Of a DNA stretch of 64,000 bases, positions 61,310 to 64,000 are shown one piece after another. Source of the DNA: Acidimicrobiia bacterium. GTDB lineage: Bacteria; Actinomycetota; Acidimicrobiia; Acidimicrobiales; Bin134. The stretch spans positions 20,227 to 84,226 of the forward strand of contig JAJDYU010000009.1 of assembly GCA_022825005.1 (NCBI GenBank), in the 5' to 3' direction. Every line of letters begins with the position of its first letter. Position 1 is the first letter of the stretch. Under the pieces are notes generated by a model, which did not search any database, was not told where the DNA came from, and saw only the letters and a list, made by a program, of their open reading frames with translations. Made by a program: the position numbers and the translations under genes.

Positions 61310-61828
61310 TCAACCCAATAGGCGCATCTCAGCCCGATATCGGTAACCCCGAGATACGTAGCCCTGGGCGTCCTCTCGATTCTGCCCCTCGGCCATGTGC
61401 CCTTCGCGGATCTTGGCCGGCACGCCGATGGCCAAGGCCAGCGGGGGGATCTTCATGTGGTTGGTGACCACTGCGCTGGCTCCCACCAATGCTCCTCGGC
61501 CCACGACCGCCTCATGCAGCACTACGGATGCCACGCCGATGAGCGCCTCATCCTCTATCGTGCAGCCCTCCAAATGGGCCAAATGCCCGACGGTGACGTC
61601 ATTGCCCACCACCGTGGCCAGCTCATCGGTGTTGTGGATGACGGCATTGTCCTGGATGGAGGTGCGGTCGCCAATGATGATGCCCGCGCCATCGCCTCGA
61701 AGCACCGTTCCAGGCCAAATGGTCGACTCTGCGCCGACGCTCACTCGGCCGATAATCACCGCTAGCGGATGGACAAAGGCCTCAGGGTGGATGTCGGGCT
61801 CGATGTCACCCAGCGCGTAAATGGGCAT
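61310..61828 (-). CDS. gamma-carbonic-anhydrase-like hexapeptide-repeat protein (YrdA/PaaY/CaiE family)
   Basis: MPIYALGDIEPDIHPEAFVHPLAVIIGRVSVG...IWPGTVLRGD is typical of the left-handed beta-helix gamma-CA family. Confidence 0.85.
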   Translation of the reverse strand: MPIYALGDIEPDIHPEAFVHPLAVIIGRVSVGAESTIWPGTVLRGDGAGIIIGDRTSIQDNAVIHNTDELATVVGNDVTVGHLAHLEGCTIEDEALIGVASVVLHEAVVGRGALVGASAVVTNHMKIPPLALAIGVPAKIREGHMAEGQNREDAQGYVSRGYRYRAEMRLLG

Positions 61829-61834
61829 GGCGCC

Positions 61835-62332
61835 TCAGCCCAGCGGGTCGAAGGCGCCGTACTTGCCGGCCAAGAACACCAGCGGCCCAACGTCGTCTCG
61901 CTGCACGCCCAGATCCAACACCCGGCCAAGCACAATCCAGTGGTCGCCCCCCTCCACCACCTGGTCGATCTCGCAGTCGATCCAGGCCAAGGAAGTCTCG
62001 AAGATGGGCGCCCCGGTGACCTTCGTGGTCCACTCCAAACCGGCGAACTTGTCCTCAGCTTTGGAGGCGAACAGGTTGGACATGTCCACTTGGTCTTCGG
62101 CCAGGATGTTCACCCCGAAACAGCCCGCGGCCTCGATGGCGGGCCAGCTGGTGGACGTCTTGCCCGGCATGAACATGACCAGCGGGGGGTCGAGCGATAC
62201 CGAGCCGAATGATCCGATGGCCAATCCGGCCGGTCCGTCGGCGCCCGCCGCGGTGACCACGGTTACGCCGGTGGGGAACTGTCCGAGCACTTGGCGGAAA
62301 ATGGCCGAGTCGAACGGGGGGCTGTCAGACAC
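61835..62332 (-). CDS. flavin reductase-like domain protein
   Basis: FRQVLGQFPTGVTVVTA...SFGSVSLDPPLVMF is typical of NAD(P)H-flavin reductases. Confidence 0.8.
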   Translation of the reverse strand: MSDSPPFDSAIFRQVLGQFPTGVTVVTAAGADGPAGLAIGSFGSVSLDPPLVMFMPGKTSTSWPAIEAAGCFGVNILAEDQVDMSNLFASKAEDKFAGLEWTTKVTGAPIFETSLAWIDCEIDQVVEGGDHWIVLGRVLDLGVQRDDVGPLVFLAGKYGAFDPLG

Positions 62333-62426
62333 TAGGACTCCTCGGAGGGGGGCAGACTTTGCCCCGACGAAGTGAGATTAGTGGCTTGATTCCAGAGAAC
62401 CCGCGTTGGGCATCTTGCTGGCCAGT

Positions 62427-63278
62427 TCAAATGGCCGCGCAGAACAGCTCGGGAGTCACTGGACAGTCGGTGCTCGATACTGCCTCAATTGCCGAGACCA
62501 GCCCATCCGGTCCGGCAATCTGGTCCACCAGGGAGAGCGGCACGACCTCCTCGTCGGCGTCCCAGGATTCCACCATCCCCAACGCCCGCTCCACCAGCGA
62601 GTCCCACATGGGACCGGGAAGAACCGTTCCCCGGCCGGCCGTGAGCCATACCGGGACACCGGCAGCGTGGGCAACCGCGGCGGCCGCTCGAGACCCAACC
62701 ACGCCAAGAAACCCACTAGGACCCACCGCGGTCGTCTCCAACAGCACTATGTCGGCTGATGCCGCGGCTGCTCCCAGACCGCTCTCGGCCACCTCGTCCA
62801 CCCAGCCGTCTTGCTCCGACAGTCGCCGCACCAGATGGTGGCCCTCCCCCAGCACGTCCACCACCAACACCCGAAGGTCGCCCCGGAGTCGAAGCGCCCG
62901 GCCGATCAGGTCGGGCCATCCGAGCACGCAGACCGTGGACTCGACGGGCAGCTGGCGTGAGAGCAGGCGGTCGGTCTTGTCATCGGAGATCTCCTCCATG
63001 CACGCCCGGACTTCAGCACGGGGTTCGGCTGCGGTGAGAACCCGGGAGGCCAGCCACATAAGCGGGCCCGAAGAGGGCTGGCGGGCGAGCATCCGCCTAC
63101 AGGTGGTGACCAGACCGGCCGGGTCGTGGCCGAAGCTCAGCAGCGCACCGGCCGTCTCCCTCACCAGTGACTCCTGTCCCACGCCCGACGACCGGGCCAC
63201 ATAGCGAAGATGCTCGATGGGATGCACCGCCAAAGCGTAGGCGACGGCGTTTCGATCATCAGCCCGTTCATCAGCCAC
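62427..63278 (-). CDS. hypothetical protein, possibly eIF-2B alpha/beta/delta-like fold
   Basis: ASADIVLLETTAVGPSGFLGVVGSRAAAAVAHAAGVPVWLTAG loosely resembles the GADxV...G...K.G...A..A....VP..V block of the IF-2B family. Weak. Confidence 0.4.
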   Translation of the reverse strand: MADERADDRNAVAYALAVHPIEHLRYVARSSGVGQESLVRETAGALLSFGHDPAGLVTTCRRMLARQPSSGPLMWLASRVLTAAEPRAEVRACMEEISDDKTDRLLSRQLPVESTVCVLGWPDLIGRALRLRGDLRVLVVDVLGEGHHLVRRLSEQDGWVDEVAESGLGAAAASADIVLLETTAVGPSGFLGVVGSRAAAAVAHAAGVPVWLTAGRGTVLPGPMWDSLVERALGMVESWDADEEVVPLSLVDQIAGPDGLVSAIEAVSSTDCPVTPELFCAAI

Positions 63279-63320
63279 GACACCGGGTTCCGCCCGCGCG
63301 CTGGGCTAATTTCAGTTGCG

Positions 63321-63809
63321 ATGTCCACCACGCTTGACGCTGATGTGAACCTGACCCCGCTGAACGGCGAGCCCCGACCGATCGGCGACTGGGTAACCGT
63401 CTTCCATCTGGTCATCGTCGTGCTCGATCCCTACACCTACGAGAGTTCGTGGATGATCGACACCGCCGGGCGCATTCTGCGGAACTTTGTCGGTGCCGAC
63501 TGCCGGGTGGCCTTCCTGGTCACCGCCTCGACCCAAGAGGCAGAGGAATTCCTCGGGCCGTGGACCGAGGAAATCCTGACGTTCGCTGACGAAGACCGCT
63601 CCGTGGTGCGGGCCTTGGGGCTGGAATCACTTCCGGCCATCGTCCATCTAGACCACCAGCTCAACCTGCGGGCCTCCGCCGAAGGCTGGAATCCCCCGGA
63701 TTGGCGTGATTTCGCAACTCAGCTCGGCCAGGCGATGAGCTGGCACCCACCGGTGATTCCTGCTGACGGGGACCCATCGTCGTTTGCCGGAACCCCGGCG
63801 CTAGGCTGA
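63321..63809 (+). CDS. hypothetical protein (thioredoxin-like fold suspected, no CxxC)
   Basis: Start taken at ATG 63321 (MSTTLDADVNL). Pattern VIVVLDP...AFLVT...LGLESLPAIVHLD resembles redoxin-like beta-alpha-beta units. Weak. Confidence 0.35.
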   Translation: MSTTLDADVNLTPLNGEPRPIGDWVTVFHLVIVVLDPYTYESSWMIDTAGRILRNFVGADCRVAFLVTASTQEAEEFLGPWTEEILTFADEDRSVVRALGLESLPAIVHLDHQLNLRASAEGWNPPDWRDFATQLGQAMSWHPPVIPADGDPSSFAGTPALG

Positions 63810-63832
63810 GATGAGCCGACAGAGCCGGACCG

Positions 63833-64000
63833 ATGGCCGAATTCGCCTACACCGAACTGCTCCCCAAGGGGCCTGACACCGACACCGAATACCGGCTGCT
63901 GACAACCGACTACGTCTCCACCGTCACACTGGGAGATCGCCAGTTCCTCCAGGTCTACCCCGAAGCCCTGCGACTGCTCACCAGCGAGGCCATGCGCGAC
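63833..64000 (+). CDS. class I fumarate hydratase, N-terminal fragment (runs off window)
   Basis: Not in the ORF track because it has no stop. MAEFAYTELLPKGPDTDTEYRLLTTDYVSTVTLGDRQFLQVYPEALRLLTSEAMRD parallels remembered E. coli FumA ...[41 protein letters not shown]. Confidence 0.7.
   Translation, partial: MAEFAYTELLPKGPDTDTEYRLLTTDYVSTVTLGDRQFLQVYPEALRLLTSEAMRD

Noticed and set aside
1-64000. Searched intergenic regions for tRNA, rRNA, tmRNA, transposase or integrase signatures
   Set aside because: No cloverleaf-compatible ~75-nt segment, rRNA-like sequence or recombinase motif was recognised by eye. tRNAscan/Infernal would be needed to be certain.

Overview
High-G+C chromosomal segment: single core 60-nt lines hand-count to about 70% G+C. 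It carries Actinomycetota hallmarks: mycothiol synthase MshD, proteasome activator Bpa ending in GTYL, SepF, and the ileS / dksA-like / lspA / rluD block. It is gene-dense, with about 70 CDS.

Main blocks:
(i) 0-8.2 kb: RCC1-repeat protein, nth, mshD, menaquinone genes menG and menA, an acyl-CoA synthetase and a DUF255 thioredoxin-domain protein.
(ii) 8.3-11.5 kb: a secreted 1066-aa protein with a duplicated 4-Cys N-terminal module plus seven FN3 domains.
(iii) 11.6-17.3 kb: a lipid-type catabolic cluster (SDR, Zn-ADH, thiolase + DUF35, SnoaL-like, nitroreductase).
(iv) 17.4-28.7 kb: dnaE, bpa, an AP-superfamily phosphodiesterase, an Rrf2 regulator, rluD-lspA-dksA-like and ileS.
(v) 28.7-44.6 kb: a nearly complete dcw cluster whose rsmH-to-ftsQ core is chained by start/stop overlaps (mraZ-rsmH-ftsL-ftsI-murE-mraY-murD-ftsW-murG-murC-murB-ftsQ-ftsZ-ylmE-sepF), with no murF.
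(vi) 46.9-50.9 kb: a clearly lower-G+C accessory island. It carries an orphan FokI-like nuclease, a DUF2442/DUF4160 pair, a DUF222-HNH endonuclease and a MazF/RHH toxin-antitoxin pair.
(vii) 54.2-61.3 kb: a SUF Fe-S system split into two convergent operons. It has two divergent sufC copies and a 4-Cys/polybasic mini-protein of no recognised family, translationally wedged between sufB and sufD.

No rRNA, tRNA, CRISPR array, transposase or integrase was recognised.

Best leads:
- the methylase-less FokI-like nuclease island;
- the sufB-sufD mini-protein;
- a roughly 113-nt three-helix RNA structure between mraZ and rsmH;
- a phased GGGA box array upstream of mraZ;
- a 37-bp triplication that copies the menG start codon;
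- a T-box-like ileS leader;
- a CTGTGG/DnaA-box cluster in front of dnaE.

All calls come from reading the ORF translations and the DNA by eye. No database or folding computation was available.
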